Positions 19,440-29,172 of a DNA stretch of 64,000 nucleotides are shown here, piece after piece. A model generated the notes under the pieces. The model searched no databases. It had not been told where the DNA came from and worked only from the letters and a program-made list of their open reading frames with translations. The position numbers and the translations under genes are program-made. The stretch spans positions 32,001-96,000 of IMG/VR virus record IMGVR_UViG_3300050821_017570. The stretch is one strand, 5' to 3'. How positions within the stretch are numbered: the stretch's first letter is position 1; each line of letters starts with the position of its first letter. The DNA comes from a virus.

Positions 19440-19629
19440 TCCATATGAATGTAACGGGCTGGCGACGCAGGCAAGCTTTGGCCCGCTCGAACGGCACCTC
19501 TTCCCCGGCGATCCAATCGACCGTACACCAGGGATACTGCATCCCACCTAGGATCTCGACCCGGAACTCCAGATGGAGATTCCCGGCGCTATCTTCCCAC
19601 GCACGCTGGAACACCCCGCCCCACCTCAT
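19162..19629 (-). CDS. Hypothetical protein with low-complexity tail overlapping HTH gene
   Basis: ATGA-coupled start; first ~65 codons look globular, remainder A/P/G-rich. Confidence 0.35.
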   Translation of the reverse strand: MRWGGVFQRAWEDSAGNLHLEFRVEILGGMQYPWCTVDWIAGEEVPFERAKACLRRQPVTFIWNVSATESAITWLQSDAMATTTPGPGSHQLGYRGPAGEVTEDGSGQANPPGMPAPQTSAATAPVATPIHPTVAGADPAHPADGATGAVGPADR

Positions 19630-20075
19630 AGGTTGAGCCGGTCGGCCCATTCCTTCATCATCTGGATCTGGACCTCATGAGACGACCTCTGGAAGGCCTC
19701 TTGGTTCTCAGCAAACAGGTCAATCAGCTGCCAGTTATCGGCCGCAACCGCCGCACGGATCCGGGCGATGGTTTGGCGATCCTGGTCCAACATGGCGAGC
19801 CGCTCTACACATTCCTCGCGTTGGATATCAAGCAGCCGGATCTTATCGTGAATCTCTCGCAGCTCGGTCAGGCTGGCTGCCGATTCGACCCAATAGGCGA
19901 CCGTTATGGACCCAACAAAAACCGTCACCACGGCTGCCAACGTGGTCAGCACACCATCGTGCCCCACACCCGCACATAGGGTCAGTCCTGCCAATACTGT
20001 CGTGGCGACCAAATAGCCGATCCTGGTACGCCAGACCATCCGGACGAATCTTTCGTACTCGGACCGACTATTCAT
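19626..20075 (-). CDS. Membrane protein with coiled coil
   Basis: Two TM helices then heptad-like region. Confidence 0.55.
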   Translation of the reverse strand: MNSRSEYERFVRMVWRTRIGYLVATTVLAGLTLCAGVGHDGVLTTLAAVVTVFVGSITVAYWVESAASLTELREIHDKIRLLDIQREECVERLAMLDQDRQTIARIRAAVAADNWQLIDLFAENQEAFQRSSHEVQIQMMKEWADRLNL

Positions 20076-20250
20076 CTGGTTGGCCAGATGTCCGGAATGC
20101 CATATAGACACAAAAGATGATCAACGGGATTTGGAAGCATAAACACCACCAAGTATCTTTTGAGAACCCGATCAACATGAGCCCGAGGTTCAGCATCGCC
20201 AAAGCGACCCACCAGAGGGCTACCAGGGTACGTAACTGTTGTGGCGACAT
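20068..20250 (-). CDS. Small membrane protein
   Basis: Two TM helices. Confidence 0.45.
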   Translation of the reverse strand: MSPQQLRTLVALWWVALAMLNLGLMLIGFSKDTWWCLCFQIPLIIFCVYMAFRTSGQPDE

Positions 20251-20251
20251 G

Positions 20252-20512
20252 TTATCTTCGATCCTGAAACGTATCGACGGGTTGTTTCGATTGCAGCTTA
20301 CGCAGCCGAACGAACGACCAGATGGCCCCCACGATGCCCGCGCAGTCCACCACACCGCAGAAAAGACTGAACCAGATTGACTGGTCAATCACACTGATGA
20401 TGGTCCAAAACCCCATGATGGCCAAACTGACGAGACTGCAGGTGAGGCTCTGGTGGGCCCAATGGACCTCCGACTTATCCTCATCCGTCAGTCTGCTGTA
20501 CCAATCGGTCAC
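20252..20512 (-). CDS. Small membrane protein
   Basis: Two TM helices. Confidence 0.5.
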   Translation of the reverse strand: MTDWYSRLTDEDKSEVHWAHQSLTCSLVSLAIMGFWTIISVIDQSIWFSLFCGVVDCAGIVGAIWSFVRLRKLQSKQPVDTFQDRR

Positions 20513-20730
20513 AGGTCGTCCTGTCGAGCGAGTGGTGCTTTCTCTACAATGGGCTTGGCCTGATCTACCGCGCTAACGTAGTGTGCCTCTCGATCAGCTT
20601 TCTCGGCTCGCAGCTGTTCCAGTTCGGCCAGCAACGGATCGACATCGGGCGCGGCATAGAACAAACCAGTCGCAGAGTGCTCCATGCGGTTGGTGGCCCA
20701 ATCGTCTGAATATTTTTGAAGCTGAATCAT
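20509..20730 (-). CDS. Hypothetical protein
   Basis: ATGA overlaps. Confidence 0.5.
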   Translation of the reverse strand: MIQLQKYSDDWATNRMEHSATGLFYAAPDVDPLLAELEQLRAEKADREAHYVSAVDQAKPIVEKAPLARQDDL

Positions 20731-21182
20731 ACACCCAATCCTAGTATGAGTCTAAGACGTGAACGAATATCCATCAGGACGAGACCAAGGTGGTTCTCGC
20801 CAACTCCATTACACCGACCCCAGAATTGGTCACCCCAACCGTTCTCCTCGACCAATTCATGTGGGTATGTGTTGACCAGACGTTCTGCCAGATCCGCATG
20901 CCGGGTGAATTTGTCCAGGTTGACCGAATACATCACCCCAACCCGCACGTCGAGCCAATCGGGACGATGGCGCTCCGGCTGGGTTCGACCCAACCGCATG
21001 GCCTGCCCACAGGTCAGCGTCGTACCCGGCAGGGCAAACACGGCCCGCATCCTGACGTCGGGTAGCTTGGCCGACTGGTAAGCGTGCTCGGTCGACGGAT
21101 ACAGCAGACCCTCGTACGCCACCTCACAGAGATGGAAGTTGGAGAGCCAGCGGTACTCGCCGTACATCTGATCGATCGTCAT
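20727..21182 (-). CDS. NADAR (YbiA-like) family protein
   Basis: YRWLSNF..YPSTEHAYQSAK..M..V...KF..H..LVE....D.FWG..G.GENHLG..LM. Confidence 0.9.
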   Translation of the reverse strand: MTIDQMYGEYRWLSNFHLCEVAYEGLLYPSTEHAYQSAKLPDVRMRAVFALPGTTLTCGQAMRLGRTQPERHRPDWLDVRVGVMYSVNLDKFTRHADLAERLVNTYPHELVEENGWGDQFWGRCNGVGENHLGLVLMDIRSRLRLILGLGV

Positions 21183-21322
21183 TCGTATTTCCGCTCATAG
21201 ATCAGGTCACACGTACCCAGCATCCGCTTGGCGCGTCTGGCATTCTTCAGGCTCTTGTACTGGCCAATGATGAAGGGTCGACCACTGTGCTCTTGCTCAC
21301 AGATGATGACAAATTGTTTCAT
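21179..21322 (-). CDS. Small hypothetical protein (47 aa, not in track)
   Basis: Manual translation MKQFVIICEQEHSGRPF...; ATGA overlap with NADAR gene. Confidence 0.4.
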   Translation of the reverse strand: MKQFVIICEQEHSGRPFIIGQYKSLKNARRAKRMLGTCDLIYERKYE

Positions 21323-21326
21323 TTTT

Positions 21327-21842
21327 CTAGCCACGGGTGTCTTTCATGACTCGGCCCGCAATCCGGGCCTTGGCGCGCCAATACATACGTGCAGGTTCCG
21401 ACAGCTCCTCCCACGGAATGGGCGCTTCGGCTCCATCGGACTCACAGAGTGCCCGTGCGATCGCCTCTACCTGTGCGTCAGTCGGCCAGGCACCGATCAT
21501 GGCACCGGCGTCGATCCAGTCGACACAGTTGCAGTACTCGGGCGTACCGTCTGGCCTCATCCCACCACCGATGGGGGTCAGACGACTGAAGTTACAGAAC
21601 GGATGATGGTAGAAGTACGTCCTAGGTTTGCCAGCCTCTAGCTCTTCAATCAGCTGGCGTGCTTGTGCTAACAGTCGGGCAGTTTCCTCATGTTGGGCGC
21701 ACTCGACCCGATAGCTCTCACAGCAGCAGCGTGGCTGGATCTTACCGATCCGGACGACCTCATACGGAAGCCCACAGTGCTCGCAGGTAGTATTTAGGGC
21801 CTCATTCTCGGTGTCGGACCACTCATCGTAATCGTCGCTCAT
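21327..21842 (-). CDS. Hypothetical protein with Cys clusters
   Basis: AAGGA RBS; CEHC, CC. Confidence 0.5.
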   Translation of the reverse strand: MSDDYDEWSDTENEALNTTCEHCGLPYEVVRIGKIQPRCCCESYRVECAQHEETARLLAQARQLIEELEAGKPRTYFYHHPFCNFSRLTPIGGGMRPDGTPEYCNCVDWIDAGAMIGAWPTDAQVEAIARALCESDGAEAPIPWEELSEPARMYWRAKARIAGRVMKDTRG

Positions 21843-21920
21843 TTGATTTCCTTGTCAGTCAGAGAGATTTCATCCATAGGGATACAAGGCCTGCTAGAAC
21901 CAGCAAGATAAGAAACCAGA

Positions 21921-22400
21921 TCATGCCGGTATCTTGAGAAAGTATTCGTGCCCCTCGTCATCCACCACGCTGACGCGGCAGCCATCGAATTGACAATCGA
22001 CCTCATAGTTGGCATGCGGGTCAGCCGGCCATACCTTAATCAGATCACCGTAATGATCGTCTGGCGCATCATAATGCTCAAAGAACTTATAGTAGTTTGG
22101 AATCGCCATACGGGCCGTCTCGTTCCGTGACTGCCAACCGCCTGTCTTTGACTCTAGCTGCTGAAGCTGTCTCACCACGTCGACTAATTCCTTGCAGATG
22201 GCACGACGCCCCAACGGAATGACAAACTCTTCGGACCGATATCCGTCGGCATCGCCTTCCATGAAACGGATCACGAAATGCCAACCCGGTGGCTTGAGAC
22301 GCTTTGTCGGCTCGGCCTCAACCAGTCCGGTACCATCAAGATTCAGCATGTGGTGTTTCCTTTTTTGAGCCCTGGCATCTACGGGATTCAAACTCAGCAA
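21921..22400 (-). CDS. Hypothetical protein
   Basis: ORF; true start may be MLNLDG. Confidence 0.5.
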   Translation of the reverse strand: MLSLNPVDARAQKRKHHMLNLDGTGLVEAEPTKRLKPPGWHFVIRFMEGDADGYRSEEFVIPLGRRAICKELVDVVRQLQQLESKTGGWQSRNETARMAIPNYYKFFEHYDAPDDHYGDLIKVWPADPHANYEVDCQFDGCRVSVVDDEGHEYFLKIPA

Positions 22401-22710
22401 GCGATCCAGCCCTGTAGGTGCGGCTATGATCGGATTCGATCTCCATCATATCACGGCCACAGTTACGGCACTGACGGGTCAACGGGCAGAACCGATGGGT
22501 CGCCCACAACGTGGGGAGCGCGTCTATCTGTGCCTGCTCCTGTCGAGCCCGCTTCTCCGCGTCCAGCATCGCGACAAACTGCTGGGCAGTCATCCCACCG
22601 TAGGGGCCATACGATCTATCCGGCTGACACTCTACTGGACTGGTGGCGCGGCTACGGGCGATGGTGGCCAATAAGCCGAGACCGGCCAATAGGAGGAGGA
22701 ACCAGATCAT
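22336..22710 (-). CDS. Hypothetical protein, N-terminal TM/signal
   Basis: Hydrophobic N-terminus. Confidence 0.5.
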   Translation of the reverse strand: MIWFLLLLAGLGLLATIARSRATSPVECQPDRSYGPYGGMTAQQFVAMLDAEKRARQEQAQIDALPTLWATHRFCPLTRQCRNCGRDMMEIESDHSRTYRAGSLAEFESRRCQGSKKETPHAES

Positions 22711-22904
22711 CGGAGTCGTCGATACGCCCGGTAGCTGGCCCAGCCATTAACGGCTGTCACAACCGCGCCAACTACGTTTAGGGCAAGGAGCGCCCAAGCC
22801 CCTACCACAACATCATGGACCGCACACACAATGTTGAGCGGGCATAAGATGCCGCACAACACACATACGATCCATACACAGACGAGGTGTACGGTTGTCT
22901 TCAT
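22707..22904 (-). CDS. Small membrane protein
   Basis: Two TM helices. Confidence 0.45.
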   Translation of the reverse strand: MKTTVHLVCVWIVCVLCGILCPLNIVCAVHDVVVGAWALLALNVVGAVVTAVNGWASYRAYRRLR

Positions 22905-23179
22905 GGGCTGCCCGTGCCACGCAGGCTAGCCACCTGCTCGGACGTAGACCGGCGAAGAATGCGATCACGTTGGCTCCAACTGAATGGAGCATGCTCACCC
23001 GTTCCGCGGGCGCGCTTCGCCTCCTTGGCGACCGTCTGAAGCTGATGATCGAACCGTAGTGGCTGCCGCTGGGCCAAACTACGGAGTGGGGCGGTCTGCG
23101 GGGTACGATGTTTGTAATGAGTCATTTGGTTTCCTTTATTCCCGACTACGCCGGTACTCGTCCATGGAATGAACAACAT
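22901..23179 (-). CDS. Hypothetical basic protein
   Basis: ORF; AAAGGA RBS before internal MTHYK. Confidence 0.4.
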   Translation of the reverse strand: MLFIPWTSTGVVGNKGNQMTHYKHRTPQTAPLRSLAQRQPLRFDHQLQTVAKEAKRARGTGEHAPFSWSQRDRILRRSTSEQVASLRGTGSP

Positions 23180-23360
23180 GATTAGCCACAGCTTTACCTG
23201 CTACCTCCCACGCAGCCTGGATTTCAGGCTTCTGCGCGTCATAGGTGGGCAACGGAGCGCCGCTGATGAGCGACTTACCGCCACACTGTGCTAGATATGC
23301 TTCGTAGGCCATACGTCCATAATCAGGTGGTGGGTTCATTGGGCCGCCTTCGCCTTCCAC
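23136..23360 (-). CDS. Hypothetical protein
   Basis: ORF tiling. Confidence 0.5.
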   Translation of the reverse strand: MEGEGGPMNPPPDYGRMAYEAYLAQCGGKSLISGAPLPTYDAQKPEIQAAWEVAGKAVANHVVHSMDEYRRSRE

Positions 23361-23584
23361 TCGCGCTCCTCCGACAGATACGACTGCAGGAGTTTCGCCA
23401 GCCTAACCATGGCAGACCCATAGTTCAGCGCATGGGCGGTCAGACGATGGCTGTCCGACAGTTCGATCGTCGCCTCAACCCACTGACCATCGGGGTCACG
23501 GGTCACAACCGCGTGGAGGTCCCAATCCGGACGGACCAACATATCCTTGCCTCGAAACTTGAGGCGGTCTTCAGCGATAGTCAT
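23336..23584 (-). CDS. Hypothetical protein
   Basis: AAAGGA RBS. Confidence 0.45.
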   Translation of the reverse strand: MTIAEDRLKFRGKDMLVRPDWDLHAVVTRDPDGQWVEATIELSDSHRLTAHALNYGSAMVRLAKLLQSYLSEEREWKAKAAQ

Positions 23585-23623
23585 TTAGAATCCTTTTCAT
23601 CCATCTGAATGATCTCCACGGGT

Positions 23624-23866
23624 TTACGGCTCATTGTGGTCCCACCTGACGTAGTAGGTGACGTTCGTCAGAACACCCAATGGACCAGTATGCGGCACAA
23701 TCGCCGTGACGGTACCCTCCTGGTCAGGATGGTCAACGTTGTAGACGCGTTCGCCAACCGAGTAGTCGTACCCACAGGCAAACCATGGAGTCGCCTGGTC
23801 ACGTACCCCGCCACAGCCCATCAGTCCCAATAGGGCGGCCAACATGATAAGTTTTCGCATAACCAC
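23624..23866 (-). CDS. Small lipoprotein with SH3-like domain
   Basis: Lipobox LMGC; YSVGERV..EGTVTAI..YYVRWD. Confidence 0.55.
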   Translation of the reverse strand: MVMRKLIMLAALLGLMGCGGVRDQATPWFACGYDYSVGERVYNVDHPDQEGTVTAIVPHTGPLGVLTNVTYYVRWDHNEP

Positions 23867-24055
23867 TCACTTCTCGGCGAGGCAATCGCCATCTGTGTTG
23901 TAGAGATCGTAGACAAACGGACAGCGCTTGCGCTCAGAGCACCCATCACATGTGAAGGCCGGATCACGCCTCAGCTGCTGGTTTGCATCAATCAGCGCTT
24001 GGGCCCGAATGCTCGCGAGTTGCTCATCGGTCAGAAGTCGCTCCCGTTTAGGCAT
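23867..24055 (-). CDS. Hypothetical Cys-rich protein
   Basis: CDGC..CP..C. Confidence 0.5.
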   Translation of the reverse strand: MPKRERLLTDEQLASIRAQALIDANQQLRRDPAFTCDGCSERKRCPFVYDLYNTDGDCLAEK

Positions 24056-24443
24056 CGGGTGTCTCCTTGGCTGGATGACACTCGTTAAGCCCGTGATCGA
24101 TCCACGTTTGCTCAGCTGCCAACATGGCAGCCCGAGAGATCGCCAGCTCAGGCGTCGTCTCGGTCACCTCGGCATGGAGGTCCAGCTGAGTATGATGGAA
24201 CTGAACGTACACCTTCTGATTCAGCATCCGCAGGGTCAGACTCCACCCGAGCTGATCCATCCGGTGGGCGACCTGCCAGGCGTCTGCCGGATCGGTCGTG
24301 GGGTTCCACTCGTCGACATGGAGCCCAACCGGATCCCACACCTGATAGCATGCCAGGAAAAGCCCTGACGCGTTCGTACGCTCCCAGCCCATCACCTGTT
24401 GGGCCACCTGCGCATCCAGTATCTGCGGAAATTCGTGGCTCAC
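24048..24443 (-). CDS. Phage ABA-sandwich-domain-like protein
   Basis: LDAQVA..VMGW..WNPTTDPADAWQV..PELAISRAAMLA. Confidence 0.7.
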   Translation of the reverse strand: MSHEFPQILDAQVAQQVMGWERTNASGLFLACYQVWDPVGLHVDEWNPTTDPADAWQVAHRMDQLGWSLTLRMLNQKVYVQFHHTQLDLHAEVTETTPELAISRAAMLAAEQTWIDHGLNECHPAKETPDA

Positions 24444-24878
24444 TCTACCCCACTCATCGGAACAGATCTTTCAGTGCTAGGTCGTAGAACACCCACAGGC
24501 CACCAAACGCAGCCAGCGTGATGATGAGCCTGATGCCAACCCGATTGATTGGGTTCATGAGCCAGCCTCATACAGCCAGACCAGCAGGGTGCCGACCACG
24601 GGTGCGATCACCAGGATGAGGCCCACGTAGAGCGCCATGTTGTCGTTCCACTTGTTACGACTGAACCGGCGGTTTCCAAATCGACGCATTCGTTCTCCTT
24701 AGAAGATGTCGAGCCACCTCAACAAGAGGAGCACGAGAATAACAATCGCTCCGAACATTCCAACCGCTAAGAGTGCGGTATCTAACCCATCCATATCATT
24801 TCTTTCGTGTCAGCCAGCAGAAGAGACCAAACAGTCCACCCGCCAGACAGATCATGACGATCGTAGCGAGGAAGACAC

Positions 24879-25100
24879 TCACCTGCCACCCAGCCGATAC
24901 AGGATGCTGAAGTGGACCCACTTGCCCAGCGTCATAATGGCATCGCCAAGCCGACTGACCAGGCCAGCTAGCCAAACGATCGCCACGGCCAGATAGTCAA
25001 CCAATGCGGCCCCTACCCAACAGGCCACCGCCAACGGAAGCCAGCAGATCGTCCACACCACGATGATTGCCGTCACGGCAAACTCACGAATCTTGTTCAT
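24879..25100 (-). CDS. Small membrane protein
   Basis: Hydrophobic helices. Confidence 0.45.
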   Translation of the reverse strand: MNKIREFAVTAIIVVWTICWLPLAVACWVGAALVDYLAVAIVWLAGLVSRLGDAIMTLGKWVHFSILYRLGGR

Positions 25101-25495
25101 AGGTGGTCCTCAATCACGTCGGCTAGTTTGCTGAAACTAACACCGTCATCGTTCGCCTCGCTCAGGCAGCCATACTGCGTACGACCACACTCAAAATCAA
25201 AGTGCGGCTCATCGTCCCGAATCAAGGCGGCCTTACCCTTGAGGGCCCACTTCCAGACTTTCTCTGGTGGGTGCGTCTCATTCGACTCGCCCTTGGGGCT
25301 TGCCTGAAACTCAAAGTCACCTGCTTCGGGTTCGATCCACTGGGCCTTCGGATGCTCTTTCCGGTACAGCTCACACAGCACACCCAACACGCAGAATCGC
25401 TCGCCACGATGCATGACGTTACGGATCTTTCGGTAGCGACCGGACCGTAACGCACGCACCAGCTTCTTCTTAATTTTTGGTTTTAACACAACCAT
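25097..25495 (-). CDS. Hypothetical phage protein
   Basis: ALRSG.Y..FCVLGVLC..ND..SF..LADVIE pattern. Confidence 0.55.
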   Translation of the reverse strand: MVVLKPKIKKKLVRALRSGRYRKIRNVMHRGERFCVLGVLCELYRKEHPKAQWIEPEAGDFEFQASPKGESNETHPPEKVWKWALKGKAALIRDDEPHFDFECGRTQYGCLSEANDDGVSFSKLADVIEDHL

Positions 25496-25504
25496 ATGGT
25501 TCCC

Positions 25505-25816
25505 TTAGGATTCGTACAACAGATACATGAGATCGCGGTCATGCAGGTCTTCAGGATATCCACTATATCCGTAAAAGTATAAGTTACTCCATTCGCTCCA
25601 AGTGCTTGCCGCCACTCGGGCGCTATCGCTCTCAACCGTGCCATCACTAGCGTAGCTGACACAGGTGTAGGTGAGGTGATACTGCCAACGATGCGTGTGG
25701 CCACCGCGATCATGCCGCTGGCCAGCACTACGGTCGATTCCTCGGATCGTGTACCGATATAGATGGTTTCGAGTCATCCAGACCTGACCGATCCGTAAGG
25801 GTGCCAAATCTGTCAT
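25505..25816 (-). CDS. GQIW-family array protein
   Basis: LRIGQVWMTRN ... DLMYLLYES. Confidence 0.75.
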   Translation of the reverse strand: MTDLAPLRIGQVWMTRNHLYRYTIRGIDRSAGQRHDRGGHTHRWQYHLTYTCVSYASDGTVESDSARVAASTWSEWSNLYFYGYSGYPEDLHDRDLMYLLYES

Positions 25817-26103
25817 GGTGGAATCTTTCCATTTGGGTCACCAGCGGTTTCGAAACTTACTGGTGAGATCTCGCTAGCATACTCGCAGGTCTCGCCAGCC
25901 GCTCGGTTCAGCATACTGCTCGCCAATTGACCGTTTCCAAACGCGACCTTGATCGCTTCAAGCGTCTCGGCTGAAATCACATCGGTATGTGGGAACGTGC
26001 CGACACGTACCCACATCCCACGAGGTAGCATTGCGTATACGGCCTGCTGATCATCGAACCGAGAGACCACAAACTCTGGCACAAAATGTAACGTCTCATC
26101 CAT
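25813..26103 (-). CDS. Hypothetical protein inside array
   Basis: Start overlaps stop of array gene. Confidence 0.5.
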   Translation of the reverse strand: MDETLHFVPEFVVSRFDDQQAVYAMLPRGMWVRVGTFPHTDVISAETLEAIKVAFGNGQLASSMLNRAAGETCEYASEISPVSFETAGDPNGKIPP

Positions 26104-26452
26104 GGTATGCTTTCGGGTCCCACAAGAGGGTTATGAGGTCCACACCTTCGGGATGATTTGGTGTCTGATGAAACCACCAGGCGGTCGAACCCATGTATGC
26201 GGTATAGATGGTGTCGCGATCGCCTAACGAAATGTCAGGATAATCTGGATGAAGCCCACACCGATATCCGTGGGAGTAGATCCGAACATCATACTTACCC
26301 AGACCGGATCGCACTCTCGTTACGTGCACAATCTCAACACGGTGTGACTGATCGCGCAGCTGCCAAATCTGACCCGCCCGCAGCATGGGTGGATAGACCC
26401 CCCAGTGGAGCGGGAACAACCAGCCCGGCAGGTTACTGACGAACCGCCACAT
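26096..26452 (-). CDS. GQIW-family array protein (start may be MLRAGQ)
   Basis: LRAGQIWQLRDQ ... DLITLLWDP. Confidence 0.75.
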   Translation of the reverse strand: MWRFVSNLPGWLFPLHWGVYPPMLRAGQIWQLRDQSHRVEIVHVTRVRSGLGKYDVRIYSHGYRCGLHPDYPDISLGDRDTIYTAYMGSTAWWFHQTPNHPEGVDLITLLWDPKAYHG

Positions 26453-27105
26453 CAGGTGGCCCGACAGAAGCCAAGTGAATCCAAGGTCTCGTTCGGGTCA
26501 CGGAAGTATCCGATGATCTGCTTGGGCGTCACCCGGTTGGTCCCACTCATGGTGCCACCGTTCTGGATCATCTGGATCAGAATGCCGACCGTGTCGATCG
26601 TCAGGTTCGACTGGCCGGTTTGTTCACGCAGGTACTTGGCGAACTCAGGCCAACTGGCCAGCTGGGCGTGCCCCTGACGGCTCATGATGCCTTCGCACAC
26701 GTAGGCCAACCCAATCGAGCAGCTCGGGAAGTGGGTCAGCAGTTGAACTTCGGGAATCTGGTAGAGCACCGACTCAACGTCGGCGACCGGGTTACGGAGG
26801 TAGCTATCGCACCAGCTGATGGCTCTCAGGAGGCCCAGACTGCGGGTGCAACCGATGACCTGTTCGGCTCGTAGGCTAAACGTCTGATCGAGCCATTCGG
26901 TCATCCGCTTGTCACGATACTCGTACCCACAGAGCGTGGTGGCCTCAAGCCCATCACCCCATGGCATGGACAGCGTCTGGGCCAACACGAGGTTCCACTG
27001 GGTCAGCTCGGGCTGCCGGACGAACTCAGGTGCATTCTTCAGGACGACAAGACCTGCTTTGGTCGCGCGAGCCAATTGGCCGGCGCGTTTCGATTGTTTC
27101 GACAT
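26452..27105 (-). CDS. Hypothetical helical protein, possibly base-excision-glycosylase-like
   Basis: Long ORF with AAAG RBS; function guess is weak. Confidence 0.4.
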   Translation of the reverse strand: MSKQSKRAGQLARATKAGLVVLKNAPEFVRQPELTQWNLVLAQTLSMPWGDGLEATTLCGYEYRDKRMTEWLDQTFSLRAEQVIGCTRSLGLLRAISWCDSYLRNPVADVESVLYQIPEVQLLTHFPSCSIGLAYVCEGIMSRQGHAQLASWPEFAKYLREQTGQSNLTIDTVGILIQMIQNGGTMSGTNRVTPKQIIGYFRDPNETLDSLGFCRAT

Positions 27106-27120
27106 GATGTGCTTTCTAGT

Positions 27121-27765
27121 TCACGAACCTGAACTGGTATCAGCCGGGTTGGGACCAGGATCCTGATCCGACGTCGGACGGGCCGGCTTCGCCATATCGT
27201 CCGGCTTGGGCCAATTCAGCGGACAGGTTCGCTGGCTCGAAACCGAACTATCGTCATCAAAGTACTGAACCCGTACCTCACTGGGGAGGCGACCGGCCTC
27301 AATCGCCTTGGCCGCACCCTCAGGCCAATCAAGCCGACGGGTCACCTCATGAGCCGTAGGTTCCGACATCACGCTGGCCTGGATCTCCTTGGCCAGCCCT
27401 TCGCCGTGCCGCTTATGGGCCGCCGGATCACGCGCGTGAGCCAGCCAGGTGACCCCCATGGCGGCCAGCTCGGGATCCTGCTGGGCCGACTTACCAGTGA
27501 CGAAGTCATTGTGAGCTTCATCGAACCCAGCATACCCGTGCTGTCTCGCCACCTGATCGATCTTGTGGGCCTGATCTCGTTGGTAGCGAATGCTGGCCCT
27601 ATGGTTGCGCCAGTACTTGAGTGCGATCCGGAAGGCGTCCCAGGCCGCATGGACGACAGATGGGCGACCCGTCGCTACAGGCATTCGGGTGGCTGGGTCG
27701 TATCGGTAGTTCTGCTGACGCTGCGAATGGTAGGCTGACCGAAACGACTGAATCAGGTTGAACAT
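27121..27765 (-). CDS. Hypothetical protein
   Basis: AAAGGA RBS before MFNLIQ. Confidence 0.5.
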   Translation of the reverse strand: MFNLIQSFRSAYHSQRQQNYRYDPATRMPVATGRPSVVHAAWDAFRIALKYWRNHRASIRYQRDQAHKIDQVARQHGYAGFDEAHNDFVTGKSAQQDPELAAMGVTWLAHARDPAAHKRHGEGLAKEIQASVMSEPTAHEVTRRLDWPEGAAKAIEAGRLPSEVRVQYFDDDSSVSSQRTCPLNWPKPDDMAKPARPTSDQDPGPNPADTSSGS

Positions 27766-27773
27766 ATGGTCCT

Positions 27774-28262
27774 TTAATCCAAATGATGGAGGAGCCACCA
27801 GACCGCCACTAACTCGCGACGGCTCATCAGGTGGAGGGGTCGGGCAGTCGCGCGTAACGCGACGATACGGTCAAAGATGGGGCCACAATCGGCTCGCTCG
27901 TCGGCCGACACCATCTCACAGATCTGCTGATCCAGCAGATCGATCTGGTGGGTCAACCGCCTAGACTGACCAGTCTGGAACAGCTCAGTCAGGCGAATCG
28001 CATCGGCCGCCTCATTGGCCATCAGGTTGGGCCAATAGATCAGGTGGTAGCGAATCTGACTGGTGACATAACTCAGTATGCCGACCTGATAGTCAGCCGA
28101 CGTGTAGTCACCGTGTGGGTCCACCAGAGCGGGCAAATGGACCTCGTCAGCCCACCGGCCGGCTGTGACGGTATCACCATAGGGCCAGTACCGTTCCATC
28201 GCTACCTCATGCGTGGCGAGCTGTTGACAGAACTCTGGCGTCAGTACCGATGGAGCACCCAT
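27774..28262 (-). CDS. Hypothetical protein
   Basis: AAAGGA RBS. Confidence 0.5.
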   Translation of the reverse strand: MGAPSVLTPEFCQQLATHEVAMERYWPYGDTVTAGRWADEVHLPALVDPHGDYTSADYQVGILSYVTSQIRYHLIYWPNLMANEAADAIRLTELFQTGQSRRLTHQIDLLDQQICEMVSADERADCGPIFDRIVALRATARPLHLMSRRELVAVWWLLHHLD

Positions 28263-28272
28263 AGTGGGTCCT

Positions 28273-28560
28273 TTATAGGAGTTGGGTCTCTACATGCAAG
28301 GCAGGATCGTACAGACACTGCGTGAGATCCCAATCCGATCCACACCGAGAGTGCCAGTAGTTGGCCGTGGCGATCCACCGGTAAGGCATGAGTTCACTCA
28401 CATGATCAGACCAACAGCCAGACGGCAACATACGGCGGGTATGCGGATGAACCCCTTCGGCATCAATGGTAGTGTCAACGATACGGTATCGATGCTGCTG
28501 GCTCCGACACAGCCAGACCTGACCTGGCAGCAATCTGCTGGGGTTTAGGATGGGGTCCAT
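28273..28560 (-). CDS. GQIW-family array protein
   Basis: LLPGQVWLCRSQ ... DLTQCLYDP. Confidence 0.75.
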   Translation of the reverse strand: MDPILNPSRLLPGQVWLCRSQQHRYRIVDTTIDAEGVHPHTRRMLPSGCWSDHVSELMPYRWIATANYWHSRCGSDWDLTQCLYDPALHVETQLL

Positions 28561-28814
28561 AGGAGTTGCCAGGTGTTGTTATCTCCGTCTTGAAACGCGA
28601 CATCGGACAACACTTTCGACACACGAAACGCCCATCCTGGGGACTGAATCGCTCCTTCATAGTTCCCCCAGTAATTCCATCCGAACCAGCGGTCACCGTG
28701 CCGGATGATGGCAACCCGATTGACTGATTCCTGTCGCAACTCAAAATATTCCCGATACATCCGCATCCAGATCTGTCCATGTCTGAACCGAATCGATGAT
28801 TTGTGTGGTTCCAC
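28545..28814 (-). CDS. Divergent GQIW-family protein
   Basis: FRHGQIWMR ... WQLLWTP. Confidence 0.55.
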   Translation of the reverse strand: MEPHKSSIRFRHGQIWMRMYREYFELRQESVNRVAIIRHGDRWFGWNYWGNYEGAIQSPGWAFRVSKVLSDVAFQDGDNNTWQLLWTPS

Positions 28815-28815
28815 G

Positions 28816-29172
28816 TTAGGTCTCGGTCGACCCTGCCTCAGGGTCCCAGTAGAGGAGAATGTAGTTGGCCTGGTCAGACGGGGTGTAGAACTGGGTAGGT
28901 GTCATGACTTTGATATCAGGCAGATAGTCAGAGAGTGGTCTAACCTCCGCATCATCACTTTCCAAAAATCTGAACACTGCGCCGCCGTGTGGTTTCAGCT
29001 CATACCCACCGTAGTAGCAGCCATGGAGACTCAGCCGCCCGCTAGGACCTTTGGCTCGGAAAACTGCGAAGTATTCGGTCATACGCTCGTAACGGCGTTC
29101 CTCACTGCCACAACGGTCTAATAGTGTCCCATGTTGGCGCCAAATCTGAAAGTGTTTGAAATGGTGCTTCAT
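28816..29172 (-). CDS. Divergent GQIW-family protein
   Basis: FKHFQIWRQ ... YILLYWDP. Confidence 0.5.
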   Translation of the reverse strand: MKHHFKHFQIWRQHGTLLDRCGSEERRYERMTEYFAVFRAKGPSGRLSLHGCYYGGYELKPHGGAVFRFLESDDAEVRPLSDYLPDIKVMTPTQFYTPSDQANYILLYWDPEAGSTET

